64,000 nucleotides of DNA from Eledone cirrhosa (GCA_964016885.1 OZ024745.1:36580001-36644000); one strand, 5' to 3'; shown: positions 23,836 through 38,804, counted from the first letter of the stretch. Translations and numbers: made by a program. Notes: generated by a model from the sequence alone, not told the origin.

Positions 23836-24323
23836 ATGTATGACCTGAGTATATGATGGTTAGTTCGTCATCGTTAAGCTGGTCTCACCACAGTATGTCC
23901 AAATGGTATCTGGTCATGTCTTTAAAAATTTGAGCCATTTTTCAGTGATATAAAGTTTGGACATTCCAAGTAGCGGTGTTTGTGGTTTGTTTGATGTAGC
24001 AAACGTGGGTAGTCAGGATCGAGATTTCCTTTGGGATTTGATCCGGACACGTCATGCTCAATTTATATTGATTTGGTTCCTTGATACCATGCCAGTTGTC
24101 CTCAAGAATTTAAAAATTCATAGTGGTTTCTGTGGCGATGAGTCATTTTACGAGGCAGGGGTACCTGCTCACTAGTAAATTAAAGTTATATATATATAAA
24201 TTTAATTTACTATTGAGCAATCAATGCCTCAGTGTGTCCGATTGCCACACTTAGTCGATATCCTTAAGAAGCAGTGTTAATATTAATATATGTGTGTGTA
24301 CATACAGATGTATATATATATAA

Positions 24324-24478
24324 AGAAAGTGTGGTAAGGAACCAGCTGAACCATAACGCACCAGAGTACTCGATACTTACGGTAGTAAAGTGGGTAATAG
24401 GAAAAGAGTCAGGACGCCTGAGTTCGGATCTAGCTGTCGAAACGGTCGGAGCTCAGCCGTCGGGGTCCTGACTCTTTT

Positions 24479-24482
<4 letters not shown>
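24324..24482. mobile_element. TA-flanked hairpin mini-element, family H1 (also 39430-39622 and 53410-53571)
   Basis: TAGGAAAAGAGTCAGGAC...GTCCTGACTCTTTTCCTA hairpin plus a shared ~80-bp tail. Confidence 0.85.
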
Positions 24483-24549
<67 letters not shown>

Positions 24550-24550
24550 T

Positions 24551-24612
<62 letters not shown>

Positions 24613-24680
24613 AAGAGAGAGTGAGAGAGAGAGGGAGAGAGAGAGAGGGAGAGAGAGAGAGAGGGAGAGAGAGAGAGAGA
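24481..24680. repeat. (TA)n plus (GA)n microsatellite
   Basis: Direct sequence. Confidence 0.95.
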
Positions 24681-24874
24681 TGAGTATTTCAAAACATCAT
24701 TGATTACCATATGACTACGCTTGTTCTGAAATATTTTACATCACGAAAAAACAGAGTTTCTGTTTATTTTCTAGGGAGTAATTTTACTAAACGTTTTGTA
24801 AAATAGTTTATTCATAAAATCACAACAGTTTTTTAATATTTTTTTTCCATAGATACCCGGTCACAACGTTTGAT

Positions 24875-25030
24875 GGAGAGCTTAGTCGATTGAATCTACT
24901 CGAGTACTTCACTGGTAGATTATTTTATCTACTCAAGTTGAAAGGTAAAGTTGACCATGGTGGGATTTAAAATCAAAATGTACAGAGCTGAAAGGCATTG
25001 TGTCCAACACTCTGGCAATTCTGCTAATCC
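24875..25030 (-). mobile_element. tRNA-derived SINE copy (degenerate)
   Basis: Reverse-complement core CTGGTAGATTATTTTATCTAC..GAAAGGTAAAGTTGACC..GGATTTAAAATC. Confidence 0.6.
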
Positions 25031-27069
25031 AGATACCTCTCATTTTTCTCACATAGTAAAGACTGAAATGAATAATCTAGCCATCTTTGAAGCCAAAATA
25101 TATAATATAATTTTTGGACAAGTATCAAGTATTTATTAATTATAAATATCATTTGAATTATAGATTCTTCTGAGACCATAGAGCCCTTGCCTTTCCTTCA
25201 CTTTAACGTTTTCATAACAACAAAAACACTTGAATAAACCTTACCAACTAAGTCAATACACACACACGCGCGTTCACACGTTCGCGCGCGCACACACGCA
25301 CACACACACACACACAGAAGCACACGCATACACACAAACTCATATAGAGGCTAGGCTAAGAAAGCTAACATTCACATGTATGTTAGTACATACATCTGTA
25401 AACAGTAATATCACCAGATATTTGAGCTCAAAGATAGGTAGTTATTCTACAAGTGAATCAATATTTCGTTACTTTGTCATTAGTGAAAGAAGTATTTATG
25501 TATGTGTATGTGTATTCTCGACTGTGATATTTTACATATAAAGGGATGGAAATATTTTCCGTGTATTAATAGCCTCGTGCAAAACACTCTTATCTTATGT
25601 GGGTCTTAGCTTCAGTAATCGAGATGGGATGGAATTCTGGTACAAGGTTTTCATAATGAGGCGACAGTATAGCTCTTGTATCTGATTTGTGTACATTTTA
25701 TAGATACTGTTATTGAAGAAAGGCAATGTGTCTTGTTAAATAAGCCTGGACTCATTAACATGCTACGACCTAATAGACAGTTACCCAGTTGTATCTTCTC
25801 TAAATCATTTCCATTCCTGTAGCTACAAAATGAGTTTTATCTAATCACATTACCTGCCTCACTAACTGCACTAATGAATTCTATCAGAAATGCGTCTGTC
25901 TTCCAAAACGCCCTTACAACTAAATTTTTCCTCTTATCAACTACAATGCACTATTTAAAATGAAATCTAACCACTCCTAGCATACGGATTCCTCCACCTA
26001 GAAAATCATGATTAAGTTATAAACATAGCCTCTTTTAATCTTCATTTGAATTACAAAACCAGTAAAAAACTTTGGATAAAAAGTAAAAGATTAAGTTAAC
26101 TTCTGCTATTTGCGGCTGTCCCCTAGGTTAGAATTTGTATTACATTGATATTAAAGTGTGTATTTTATCATGGCCATATCGAATTTAACACTGTTTATTG
26201 TATTTAGTGTCTTCTGTAATGTACATAGTTTTATCATCAAGTGTATGATTGTCATCAGCATTCTCTAAAGATCGTTCGTTTAAATGAGTTGACTCATTAT
26301 CCAGTAAGATCACAAGAGATGACTGATAAATTAAAGGTCGAAATCATGACAGTGCTATTGGAAATCTCATGCAATCGATCACTTTAATGGAATTAATCAT
26401 TGCTATTTATAAATGTACAGATTCCTATGTAATGTGTTCAATATAAAGGGATTTCAAAGTAAAGAAAATATTCACTAGCCCGAAACTAAAACAATAATTC
26501 AAACATTAATGCTTGTGCTATCTTGGTCTACACAGGGAATCAGTCACTATTTAAAAGTCCTATGAAGATAAGAAATGTTTAGAGAAGTGTTAATATTTAT
26601 AGATTTTAATTGATTCCGCAGAATTGGATCCTAAATTAAATTTCCTAATGTGTAGACTCAAATCCTGTCAGTTTACTAAAGTGCTTTCAAACAAAATTGA
26701 TTTGTAATTCATAACGGAAAAATCAACTTGATGTAATGGAAAATCGTATCTAAATTTAGAGAGAAAAGTAATAATTTTTATTTGTATAAAATAATACAGG
26801 GTTTGGTATTCAAATGTTACCCTTGGCAACAGGATGATAACCCTATGATCGGAGTTATCTTCGTACGTAAATCGATAAATATTTTATGGATAAAAAAAGA
26901 TACGTATGAATTTGAATATTGTATAGGATTGATATTAATATATCAAGTCAGTGCTTCACAACATTCGGCTTGCTGGGTTTTTTCTGTGCAGCATGTAAAT
27001 TTAGAAATAATATTTGTCTAAAAGAAAACTTGCTAAAATAAAATAACTGGAGATATTTGGAAGTCATTA

Positions 27070-27094
27070 TACATACACACAGGCGCGCACATAT

Positions 27095-27160
<66 letters not shown>

Positions 27161-27205
27161 TGCATATATATAATTATATGTGTGTGTATGAATATATATG
27201 TATAT

Positions 27206-27283
<78 letters not shown>

Positions 27284-27322
27284 ATAAATATTCATACACA
27301 CACATATAATTATATATATGCA

Positions 27323-27402
<80 letters not shown>

Positions 27403-27612
27403 TATTCATACACACATATAATTATATATATGTATAATTATATATATATATATATATACATATATATATGTATATATATATGTATACATATATACATATG
27501 TATAATTATACATATATATAACTATATGTATGTATATATGCGTGTGTATAAATATATATATTTATATATGTATATATATATATATATATAAATGTATATA
27601 TATATATGTATA

Positions 27613-27660
<48 letters not shown>

Positions 27661-27675
27661 TGTGTGTGTGTGAGC
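27070..27675. repeat. Compound (TA)n/(TG)n/(CA)n array with internal inverted symmetry
   Basis: Direct sequence. Confidence 0.9.
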
Positions 27676-28459
27676 GTGCTTATTAATGGACGTGTGAAAC
27701 ATAAGCATCGGTATAAAAAAATATGTACACGTCGTAAATGTCATATCTTCTGATTTAAAATAGAAATATTTCAGATATTAATTTACGTGTGTAACAATCT
27801 ACTTTGGGTATTTATCTTACGTTAACATTTACTGAAATACTTCTTCGTGCCATCTCTTCATCCACCATTGTATTTCACATGATAATATTTTACGCAACTA
27901 TGTTTTCTTATTCTTAATAGCTTCTATCTCTTAATGTTTATTTTTTATTTTTTACTATTTATCAAAATAGGTTGATTCAGATATGTACGCAATATATATG
28001 TTTGACAATATGTACACACAAAAAAATGAGCTGGGACTCGTCATCAGTGATATGACCTGGCACTAATCGGTGCTTCCACTTTTTCAGCATCATGCGATCC
28101 TTGCCCGTACAAACCCACCTGTGTTGACCCAACCCACAACCCGCTCCAAAGCAACAACCATCAACAGATAAGACTTTTCCTGTTGTTATTTGTTTCCATC
28201 ATGGGTATAAGGCCTCATATATTTACGAAGATAATAAACAGTTAAACTCGATCCCAGAGTGTAACTCATGAAAGAATATATAAAAGTTGATCTCAAGGTA
28301 ATTTAACCTGAAGACGTAGAGGGACGTAACTAAATAACGAAAACCATTTTTGTCGGCGTGCTACTACTGTTATTAATTCACTACTCTTGTAATCATGGAT
28401 ATTTGAAAAAATGTTATTGCTCTTACATATAATGATAGATGTCACATTATGCGAGTAAA

Positions 28460-28590
28460 GTGGTGGTGCTTAGTGGACAGGATGTTGAGCTCATAATCGT
28501 ACGGATGTGGTTTCGATTCCTTGAACAGATAAAATGTTGTGTCATTGAGCAAGGCAGTTCATTTCACGTGGTTCTGGTAACCTCAAATCA
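28460..28590 (+). mobile_element. Second tRNA-derived SINE family (GTGTCATTGAGCAAGGCAGTTCATTTCAC core)
   Basis: A-box TGCTTAGTGG, B-box GTTTCGATTCC; related degenerate copies at 50115-50220 (+) and 50397-50465 (-). Confidence 0.6.
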
Positions 28591-28995
28591 GTGGGGGGAT
28601 ACGTAAAACTTATATATATGGTTGATTGCTGGTCTTCCACACAATCCTTTTTTTCTTTTTGTGTAGAGGAGTTGACCAAGCGTAAATCCAGGGTTAGCTA
28701 TGAATGAGTGGAACCTATTTATTTCATGATATACCCAATTGGTATTTTTGTTGTTGTTGCTGTTGTCGTTGTTGTCGTTGTTGCTATTGTTCAACCGCGC
28801 ATCAGATCTAATTGAGCAAAATTTGATAAAATGTGTTCCAGCTGTGCGCCACTTGAGGGAGTTATGGCTGCTACCCCCTTCTCAAATAAAATGTAAGCTG
28901 GTGAGTGACATAAGAAAGCAATCAGTGATAGTTCTGTTTCATAATTTGAATCACATCACCGGGCATGAGATATGGCATAGTAAAAACTGTTCGTA

Positions 28996-29195
28996 TTGGT
29001 GGATTGGCTGAATCGGTAGAGCATCGGACAAAATATCTTGCGGTATTTGTTCTGTTACTTTACGTTCTTAGTTCAAATCTTGTATGTGTTAACTTAGCAT
29101 TTTATACTTTGGGGTTTGAAAAAAACACAGTATCTGTCAAGCGGTTTCCCTCATACCCTATAAAAATTGCTGGCCTTGTGCTTAAATTAGAAACT
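28996..29195 (+). mobile_element. tRNA-derived SINE copy
   Basis: TGGCTGAATCGGTAGAGCATCGGAC, GTTCAAATC, tail ATTGCTGGCCTTGTGCTTAAATTAGAAAC. Confidence 0.75.
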
Positions 29196-29432
29196 ATGGT
29201 TTATGACCGTTTTCATCTTTGAGATTAAATGGGGATGGACATTTTGGGAGAATTTTTTGGTGATGTATATCAGTAGCACATAGTTAGCTAGAAACAGGGC
29301 AGCAAATACGAGGAGGCGGGTAGCAGCTCTCAGTTTTGTCGCTATTTATACTTTATCTATTTACGTCAAGCATTGTAGTTTTTCTGTCTTTTTTCCCTTT
29401 CTGTTTCTTAAGTTTGGAAGGCAATCTTCTGT

Positions 29433-29438
29433 CACTCT

Positions 29439-29486
<48 letters not shown>

Positions 29487-29508
29487 AACACACACACAAA
29501 CACACACA

Positions 29509-29551
<43 letters not shown>

Positions 29552-29990
29552 ATACACACATGCACACACAGACACACACACACACACACACACAAAGACG
29601 TAGACACACATAGGGAGAAGCATACAAACATTCACTATCGGTCACTCTCTCGCTCACACACCTCGTCTCTCTTTCTCCTATCACTCTCTCTCTCTCTCTC
29701 TGTCACATACCTCTTTTCTCTTTCTCCCCTCACTCTCTCTCTCTCACACCTCTTCTCTCTTTTTCCCTCTCACTCTCTCGTTGAGACTCCTCCTCTCTCT
29801 TTCTCCCTCTCACTCTCTCGCTCACATACCTCTTCTCTCTTTCTCGCTTGCTCTCACTCTTCGATTTTCTCCATCCCAAACATTCTTTACATGTTTTACT
29901 TTATTTTACTTTCCTATATCTTATGATTCTCTCCTCCATCTCTCTCTAACTCTCTCCCCCTTCTCTCCCATCTATTTCTCTTTATCTCAC
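29433..29990. repeat. (CA)n and CT-rich low-complexity tract
   Basis: Direct sequence. Confidence 0.9.
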
Positions 29991-30374
29991 CCTTTACTTA
30001 CTCTTTTACAATATTATATTTCGTATCGTTCTTTCTTTCCCACACACCCTTTTATCTATTATTCTATTCTAAAGAAATAGAAAGTGTCTATATATTTCAC
30101 TAATATTTCGTTGCCGCCGCCGCCGCCGTTAGCATTCCGTAACGGATGATGAGTGAAGTGGGGAAGTGAAGCTGAAGGGTATGGTAATAACAGAGTACTT
30201 TGAAACAATACAGAATCAAAGTCGATTATATATACATGGCCCCTTAGCTTCTGATTGTAACTCAAGGGCGTGTCTTGTTCATTTAAATTTGGCCGAGCCC
30301 ATTCTTCTTTAAGCCTGAACACAGCCGTTTACTTCCATGGAAAAATTAGATAAGGAAGGAAAGTGTGAAAGAAT

Positions 30375-32740
30375 CCCCCCAAGCAATGGAATCTCCTCAA
30401 GCAATTTATTTATCGATCTAGAAACGTTGAAAGGGAAAGTTGGGCTCGGAGTATTTTGAACTCGGAGCACAGTGAGCCGAACTGAATTCCAAGAAGTATT
30501 CTATCCAACCTTCTAACGACTCTGCCAATTCCTCACCTGTTTGAGAATATATACGCTGAAGGAATTGGTAAGAGAAGAAGAGATATACGAGTACACGAGC
30601 AGAAATTGGTGGACATTAAACGAAGGACATGATCCAATAAAGGATATAAAATATAACCAATGGTGTGAGCTACTTACTCGGATTTGGCAGGGTATTGGAA
30701 AAGTGGTTATTTGCTAATCATTAAAAGTTGATATATTGGAACAATTAATGAACACCTTAATAACTGCGCAAGCTTCCAAGTAATCGTAACCAAATTACCA
30801 TAATTATTTATAGCTTAATGAAGTGTCCGTATTGAGGTTTAATGCTATCGTTTGTTACTTGCGCTAGTGACATAACAATGAAACATTTGTTGGTGGTTAA
30901 CAGATAAGTTTAACATTTCTGAAATAGCTGAGATAAGCGGCAAATTGGCTGAGTCGTTAAAACGTCGGATAGAATGTTTTGCAATATTCGTTCCGGCTCT
31001 CTGCACTCTGAAAACAAATCCTACCGCGGCCAACTTTGCTTTTCAATTTTTCAAAGTCGGCGAATGCCAATTCAAAGTCGAAAAATGCCAATTCAGAATT
31101 GTACTCAACATGTTTAAATGCCCCATACACGCCGTCTGACGCGAAGACACCCCTATGACTCCAGTTAAGGGTTCATAGCATGACAGGTGGCTGAGAAATG
31201 TTAGCTGATTCTTATAACATATTTGTTCTGATATTATTATTATTAAGGGCGGCAGATTGGTAGTATCGGTGGAGCATCGGTCAACATGCTTTATGACCCT
31301 TTACGATCTGAGTTCAAATCCTGCCGAGGTTAGCTTTGCATTTCATCCTTACGTAGTCGATGAAATAAGACACCAGTAACATACTGGGTCGATTTAATCG
31401 ACTTTCCCCTCTCCCAGAACTGTCGGCCTTGTTGCTAAATTAGAAACCATTATTATCCTAATGCACTGGGTAATAGCTGGCCTTGTGCCTAAAGTAGCAA
31501 CAATTATTATCCTAATCTGAATAGAGGTATATACTTTGCAGCATTTGTTGTGGATCGAATCACACCGATATAGACTTTTCTTTTCATCTTTTCGCATATG
31601 ATAATATATAATTGTTTATACTTTTGGCACAAGGCCAGCAATTAGCCAGTGCATTACTGGTACTTTATTTTATCAACCCCATAAGGATGAAAGGCAAAGT
31701 TAACCTCGGCGATATTTGAACTCAGAATGGCAAGGGCCGTAACTCTTTGCGTCAAAGCATGGCATCCGATCTGCAAATCCACCGCATATGATAATATATA
31801 ATACCTGTCAAGTGTTGTGTTTGCATTTATCGACTTTCCTCTCTCCAAAATATTTGGTGCAATGCCTATGTTAAACAACAATATTGGAATTGGAATACAT
31901 TAGCAAAATCATTAGAGCAACGGACAAAACATTTATTGTTGCATATCTTTACGCTCTGAGTTCAAATCCCACCGAAGATAACTTCGTTATCCAACATTCT
32001 GCGGTCGATAAATAATGTACCAGTCAAGTACTTAGATCAATACAATGGACTATACTTCCCATTCAGATTCAATGTTCCTATATTAGAAATCAATATCATT
32101 TTCATCATTATAGAAGTGGTGGTGTATTGATAAAATTGGCAGAGCGTGGATACTTGACTTTCCTGATGTTCTGAGTTCAAATCCTGCCGGCGTCAACTTT
32201 GCCTTTCATTCTTCCTGGATCGTTATAATAATGTACCAGTAAAGAACTAGGTCGACTTTTCCCTCCCTTCAAATTGCAGGTCTTGTGCCTAATACTCTCG
32301 TTTTCAAAATTATAATTTAATCCTTCTGGGGTTGATACACTTATGAAGGACCGTTAGCTCTATATGGCCAATTGTTCTGGGAGAAACAGCAATTAGATTT
32401 TATTCAAAACGTATATAGTGTGTTTAAAGATGGATACATTGTATAATATAATCCTAGATACACTATGTCTGATAAAGAGGTGAAGTGATCAGAGCTGAAA
32501 TGCCTTTTATTATATATAGACACCAAGGTGGTGGATTTGCAGAATCGGCAGAGCGTAGGACACCCTGCTTCGCGGCAGAGAGTTACGGCCGTTTATGATC
32601 TGAGTTCAAATCCAGCCGAGGTTAACTTTGCCTTTCTTCCTTAAGGGGTCGATAAAACAAACTACCAGTAACGCACTGGGGTTGATTTAATCGACCTTCC
32701 CCTCCCCCAAAATTGCTGGCCTTGTGCCTATATAAGAAAC
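30375..32740. mobile_element. Cluster of ~7 SINE copies: 30375-30530(-), 30935-31062(+), 31247-31510(+), 31620-31785(-), 31895-32092(+), 32118-32292(+), 32527-32740(+)
   Basis: Repeated CTGAGTTCAAATCC(T/A)GCCGAGGTTAACTTTGCCTTTCATCCTT..GTCGATAAAA..TACCAGT and tail TTGCTGGCCTTGTGCC. Confidence 0.88.
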
Positions 32741-33175
32741 CTTTATATATATAGACACGGCTTACGACAGACCAAGGGCTAAACATCAACGATTTTACTG
32801 CAAATACGTACCAGTTAGTAATAGACTGCATTATGACAAAAGGTTGTGATCTTATGCGCTTGTTAGAAATCATGTCACCTTTCATCATTAAATATTCAAT
32901 AAAATATATGCAAGTAAATTATTAGAATCAATGTAATCAATAACGTATAATGTATATAGCTTTAAAATGTTCGGCTCGTGTATATGTTTAAATTATTTAT
33001 TATTACATTTCCTTGTCTTCTTTATCTGATTTTCGTTTTCTTCTTTGTTTGCACCTATCTGATTATGCCATCAATGTTGTACTTGTCAACTTTTAAATAA
33101 ATATATTACGGAGACATGCGAAATATAATATACTAATATTACTAACAAGTTCGCACATTTGCAGCAAATCGTCGA

Positions 33176-33936
<761 letters not shown>

Positions 33937-34038
33937 ATAGGTAGAACACTGGAAGGTAATATCCGTAGTGGTACAGCACTCAGTCAATGGGACGAATTGG
34001 GTAGAAGTGGTAACAACAATTGTCCTTTCTCTTCCGTA

Positions 34039-34102
34039 TAACCATGTCTATTACGAGAGCTGAAGGTCCGCTAAGGTGAAACAATTGTTCTCGGTATGGT
34101 TA
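34039..34102 (+). ncRNA. Minimal type-I HHR (A9G variant) inside a 190-bp microsatellite-flanked element (33938-34128)
   Basis: TAACCAT..GAG-CTGAAGG-TCC(GCTAA)GGT-GAAA-CAATTG-TT-CTC..ATGGTTA, enclosed by IR TAGAAGTGGTAACA/TGTTACCACTTCTA. Confidence 0.6.
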
Positions 34103-34142
34103 ACTAACTGTTGTGTTACCACTTCTATATATATATATATAT

Positions 34143-34591
34143 ACTACACCTGAAAAAGACGCAAGGTCAAAAGAGCCACAGAATGTTATAATAAACCTTT
34201 AAAGGTGTAGGCCTAGAGTTATTTGCTAAAAGAATATTGTAATCATTATCTATCGTACACTCTGTGGCATCCTTCTATAAAAAAGAAACTCATAACGAAC
34301 TCAAGACGACACGATAACTATTTAAGCTAATGTTCAATATATCATATTAGATGTTTAGTAATGATTAATACAAAATGCTCTTAAACCGAATTCTATATTA
34401 TAAATTCACTTAAATAATTATCGTGTCGTCTTGATTTCGTTATGAGTCTCTTTTTTTATAAAAGGATGCCTCAGAGTGTACGATAGATAATGATTACAAT
34501 ATTTTTGAGCAACAACTCTAGTCTCACAATTTTGAAGGTATATTATAACATTCTGTGGCTCTTTTGAGCTTGCGCATTTTTCAGGTCTAGT
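34143..34591. mobile_element. Fold-back/MITE-like element with ~185-bp imperfect terminal inverted repeats
   Basis: ACTACACCTGAAAAA...ATCATTATCTATCGTACACTCTG... mirrored by ...CAGAGTGTACGATAGATAATGAT...TTTTTCAGGTCTAGT. Confidence 0.8.
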
Positions 34592-35645
34592 TTAATATTT
34601 TTGTTAAGGCAACGCTTGTAATAAATCTAGTTAAAAATGATATACATTAATAATGAATTATCGTTGTAATTTAATTAGATTATATAATTGTTATTTTATA
34701 AATGATCTTATAAATATTATTGTAAGATGTGTAAAAATATTTTAAGAATTTTAATATAAACAACTACAAAAAACAATCAATATTAAATAAATATATTTTA
34801 CATAATAATTATTTTAGTTGAAATAATAAAAATTAAATATTACATACAAATAGTCTAACATAATAATAAAAAAATAATCTAACATAATAATAATAAAATA
34901 ATCTAACATAAAACGGACAATAATATGGACAAATATACAAGTAAATATGATACAACCAATATTATAAGCATGTTATAACGAACTGAAAAAAGAATAGTTA
35001 ATATAAATTTAAAAAATCATATATAAATTAACAATATAGCTTACCAAAACGAGAAAAATATTTTGATGTTAAACGACGAAATACAGGAGGAAGATTCGAA
35101 AGCGAAACGATAAATAAACGTGCAAACAAAGTGGCGGATGCTTTTGAGCAACAATTACTCTCATTGGTTGATTAGCCAATAAGACGATGAAATTAGCCAA
35201 TAAGACGATACATTACAAAAGATCACCACGGCAGGGATCACCACGGCCAGCGAAACCTCTTGAATTTTTTATTCACAAGCTACGCATATATGTCATGTCA
35301 GAAACGCAGGCTTGAAACATTCTGTTGTTAGTCACTGCGTGTCTAACAGATTGCTAAATATTCTATACATACATTCCTTCATACATCGCTATTTCAGAGC
35401 ACCAATCCTAATACCTACTTGTTGCTGGCTCTGTATAATCAGCTCCTAATTATTACTGGAATTCTATAAGAATCCAGCTTCTATAATTTTCGGCAAAGGC
35501 AGGGGAGTGCGTGGTTTTGATAAAGGCCAAACACTACTAAAGTCACTACTTTAAAACTGATAGCGAATGGTCTTCTAAATGTTTTTAATTAAACATACTG
35601 TATATTGCCAAATATACTATACATACATTCATATATATATATATA

Positions 35646-35960
35646 AATGACTGATAAGTTTGAGAAAGCTGTACAATGCAGTAAAAATATAAAAAGGGCA
35701 AAGGATGAAAAATAAAACAAAACAATTGATGTTTCACCCAGTATGTTTCAACATGATATTTCAGGGCTGCAATCCTCTTTCAGAAACGGTTCAAAATAAA
35801 AATGAACGATCGATGTGTTCTTTGTAACTGCATAACTGAGTAAAACATTGCTTTCTTTGGTGTATTCGTCATCCTTTTCCTTTATATATATTTCTACCGT
35901 ATTGTACAGGCTTTTTGAAACTATATCTATAATGCTTCGTATTAAGTACACTACTTTATA
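35646..35960. mobile_element. Old TA-flanked fold-back element with a degenerate minus-strand HHR
   Basis: Imperfect IR 35652-35714/35863-35927; minus strand GTTT-CTGAAAGA-GGATTGCAGCCCT-GAAA-TATCATG-TT-GAAAC. Confidence 0.45.
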
Positions 35961-36343
35961 TATATGGGGGGGGGGGTTGTATGTATATGTATATATATAT
36001 ATAGTTAGGGAAGCAGAAAATTGCTTTTTGTGATCCAGTTCGTGGTTAAGAAAGCCAGTTTCATGGATGGTTTCAACGTAGGGTTAGGGGTAACTCCACA
36101 AGTTTGTAAGAATTCCGTTCAATCTTGGAGTATAAAGTATAAAAGAGAAAACACAGGTAAGCATTAAGAGAAGGATTTTATCCAGGTATTTACGACCGTT
36201 TCATTGGTAAGTGCAACCTTATATTGCTATACTGCAAATAGCAGCCACTCAATTATAATTGTTGTTCACAGTCCAAATTTTCAAAATAGTGAGTAATAAT
36301 TCTTAATATATAGAGAAAAACATTTATTTGGAATTGTATATAT

Positions 36344-37478
36344 TTGGAATTGTATATATTTGGAATTGTATTTCACAAGATTAATGAAAACTTAGCATAC
36401 ATCAACTGTAACTCAAACCACCCACTATCCATAATTAAATCCATTCCACGCAGCATATCCCTTAGGATCTCCCGCCTCTCGTCTAACCGACAAATCTTCG
36501 AAGAACATGAAGAATACTACAATACCGCATTAGACAAGGCAGGCCACTTAGATAGAGTAGAATATATAGATGAAAGCCTCCGTAAAGCGCCCACGAACAC
36601 GCATAACACAAACTCCAGAAATACACGCACACACGCACTTACGCATAGAACTACAAAGTATACGGTAAATAGAAATACAACATCGAAATCAAACAAGTCA
36701 CGCAGTAGAAAATATATTTGGTATAACCCCATATTTAACACATCTATTAGTACTAACCTACCCTCTACCTTCTTTAGAATAATAAATAAGCACTTTCCAG
36801 ATTCATATATATACAGCAAAATCCTTAACACTAAATCTATTAGACTATCTTACTTCACGGCACCAAATATAGAGGCACACATTAAGTTGCTTAACGCTAA
36901 AAAGATACATAACAGCACCAGAACACAAATTTACAACAATAACAATCAATCACCATTGAACACAACAGAATATCTAATACATAACCACCCACTAATAGGC
37001 AAACAAAACGTAACACACTTGTACAAGCATCGCAGCCCACCAATAATGCCAAAGTTGCCCATGACAAGAATTGTAACTGCCACCACCTGAAACCTGTCCA
37101 TTACATAATGAATGTATGCAGTCTAGCCTGGCTTACCAATGCACAGTGGAATCAGACAACCAGAAATGGTATTACATCGGAGCGACTGAGAATACATTTA
37201 AAGCCCGTTGGTATACACACCGTTACGCAATGAAACATTCCCAGCATCGTTATGTAACTACCCTTGCAAACAAGACCTGGCAACTGAAGTGGAAAAAATT
37301 ATCGAACGCGCCCCCATATCGGAGTAGTATGAGAAGCTGTCGATTATGCGACCTTGAGCTATTCCACATCTTGAGTTCGAAGAATAAGTTACTCAACAAT
37401 AAAATCGAAAGATCAATTTATTGTAACCATAGAATCAAAGAGAAGTTTTCGCACTACAAGTGCAAATCGAACCCTTAA
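36344..37478 (+). pseudogene. PLE RT C-terminus, linker and GIY-YIG endonuclease (frameshifted)
   Basis: YINCNSNHP..IP....RISRLSSN, IWYNP, NCNC..CPL..EC, YQC..YYIGATENTFKARWYTH, CRLCDLE, LLN..CNH. Confidence 0.85.
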
Positions 37479-38050
37479 CCTCTTACTACCAGCTGACCAA
37501 CTGCATATACTTAGACTTTATACCCTCTTGTTGTATCTAAACCCTTTTATTTACCCACAAAAACCAATATCTTTATCCCCCCTTCTCCTTCATTCCTCTC
37601 CTATTTCTTCGTTTTTTTCCTTCCTTCCCTCCCCTTTTTGGCTATCTTTTCTTTTCTTCTTTCTCCCCCCTTCTTTGCTTTTATTTTTGTTATTATTATC
37701 TTTATCTTTATTTTTTATATATATATTTATCTCTTTATATCTCCCCCTCTCTCTCTCCCTCTCACTATCCATCCCTCCTACTATGATCAATTTAATTCTC
37801 TTTAACTCACTACATTCCAGGACATGAAGTCTACTTATCAAAACTGATCAAAGAATCCTTCCACCTCTACCCCTCCCTCCATCTCAGTTTGTCACTCTAC
37901 TTCCTAACTCTACCCCCTTCCTCTCTTTCTATACTATTCCGTTTGTCCCCTCACCTTCTGATTCCCCTCTCTCTCTATACTAGTAAATACAATTCCAAAT
38001 AAATGTTTTTCTCTATATATTAAGAATTATTTCAAGAGTAACTTACTCAC

Positions 38051-38152
38051 TATTTTGAAAATTTGGACTGTGAACAACAATTATAATTGAATGGCTACTA
38101 TTTGCAGTATATCAATATAAGATTGCACTTACCAATGAAACGGTCGTAAATA
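38051..38152 (+). ncRNA. Type-I HHR, U3:A8 core, ~65-nt loop 2 (inverted copy at 36187-36288, minus strand)
   Basis: TATT-TTGAAAA-TTTGG...CCAAT-GAAA-CGGTCG-TA-AATA. Confidence 0.65.
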
Positions 38153-38199
38153 CCTGGATAAAATCCTTCTCTTAATGCTGACCTGTGTTTTCTCTTTTA

Positions 38200-38309
<110 letters not shown>

Positions 38310-38734
38310 TACTTATTACTTATTTAATCAATTTAAACATCCGTGTAGAGCTAGTCAGCCGTGACAGACTAGGGGACCTATATAGTACTTCTTACAGCTG
38401 AGAAACAAAAACAAGATAGAGACATATTTGAATATAAAAATAAATAGAGAATGTGAACAGGTGGTGGCAAAATAAGCATAAAAAATATAAAGGTAAAAGG
38501 GAAAGCAATGGCTGGTGTAAAGAATTTAGAAGGTTCTGTTGTTGAATATTTTTGTAACAACCATGTGTACTCAAAGGTCTTGTTAAGAAATTATAAAGAC
38601 TGTTTGCATTACGCTAAAGCTCTTACTGTTTTTATAGCAAATGAAATTACTATGGAGACAGTAGAAGTTTAACCATGAGACAGAAAATCATTATAATATA
38701 TATTATATATATGTGTGTGGTGTGAGTATGTATG

Positions 38735-38790
<56 letters not shown>

Positions 38791-38804
38791 TCTGAATTTG
38801 TTTA

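Noticed and set aside
25037-25080. Possible minus-strand micro-exon
   Set aside because: Splice-like motifs alone are common by chance in AT-rich DNA.
28030-28060. CTGATGACGAGTCCC on the minus strand as an HHR
   Set aside because: No downstream stem II closure or GAAA.
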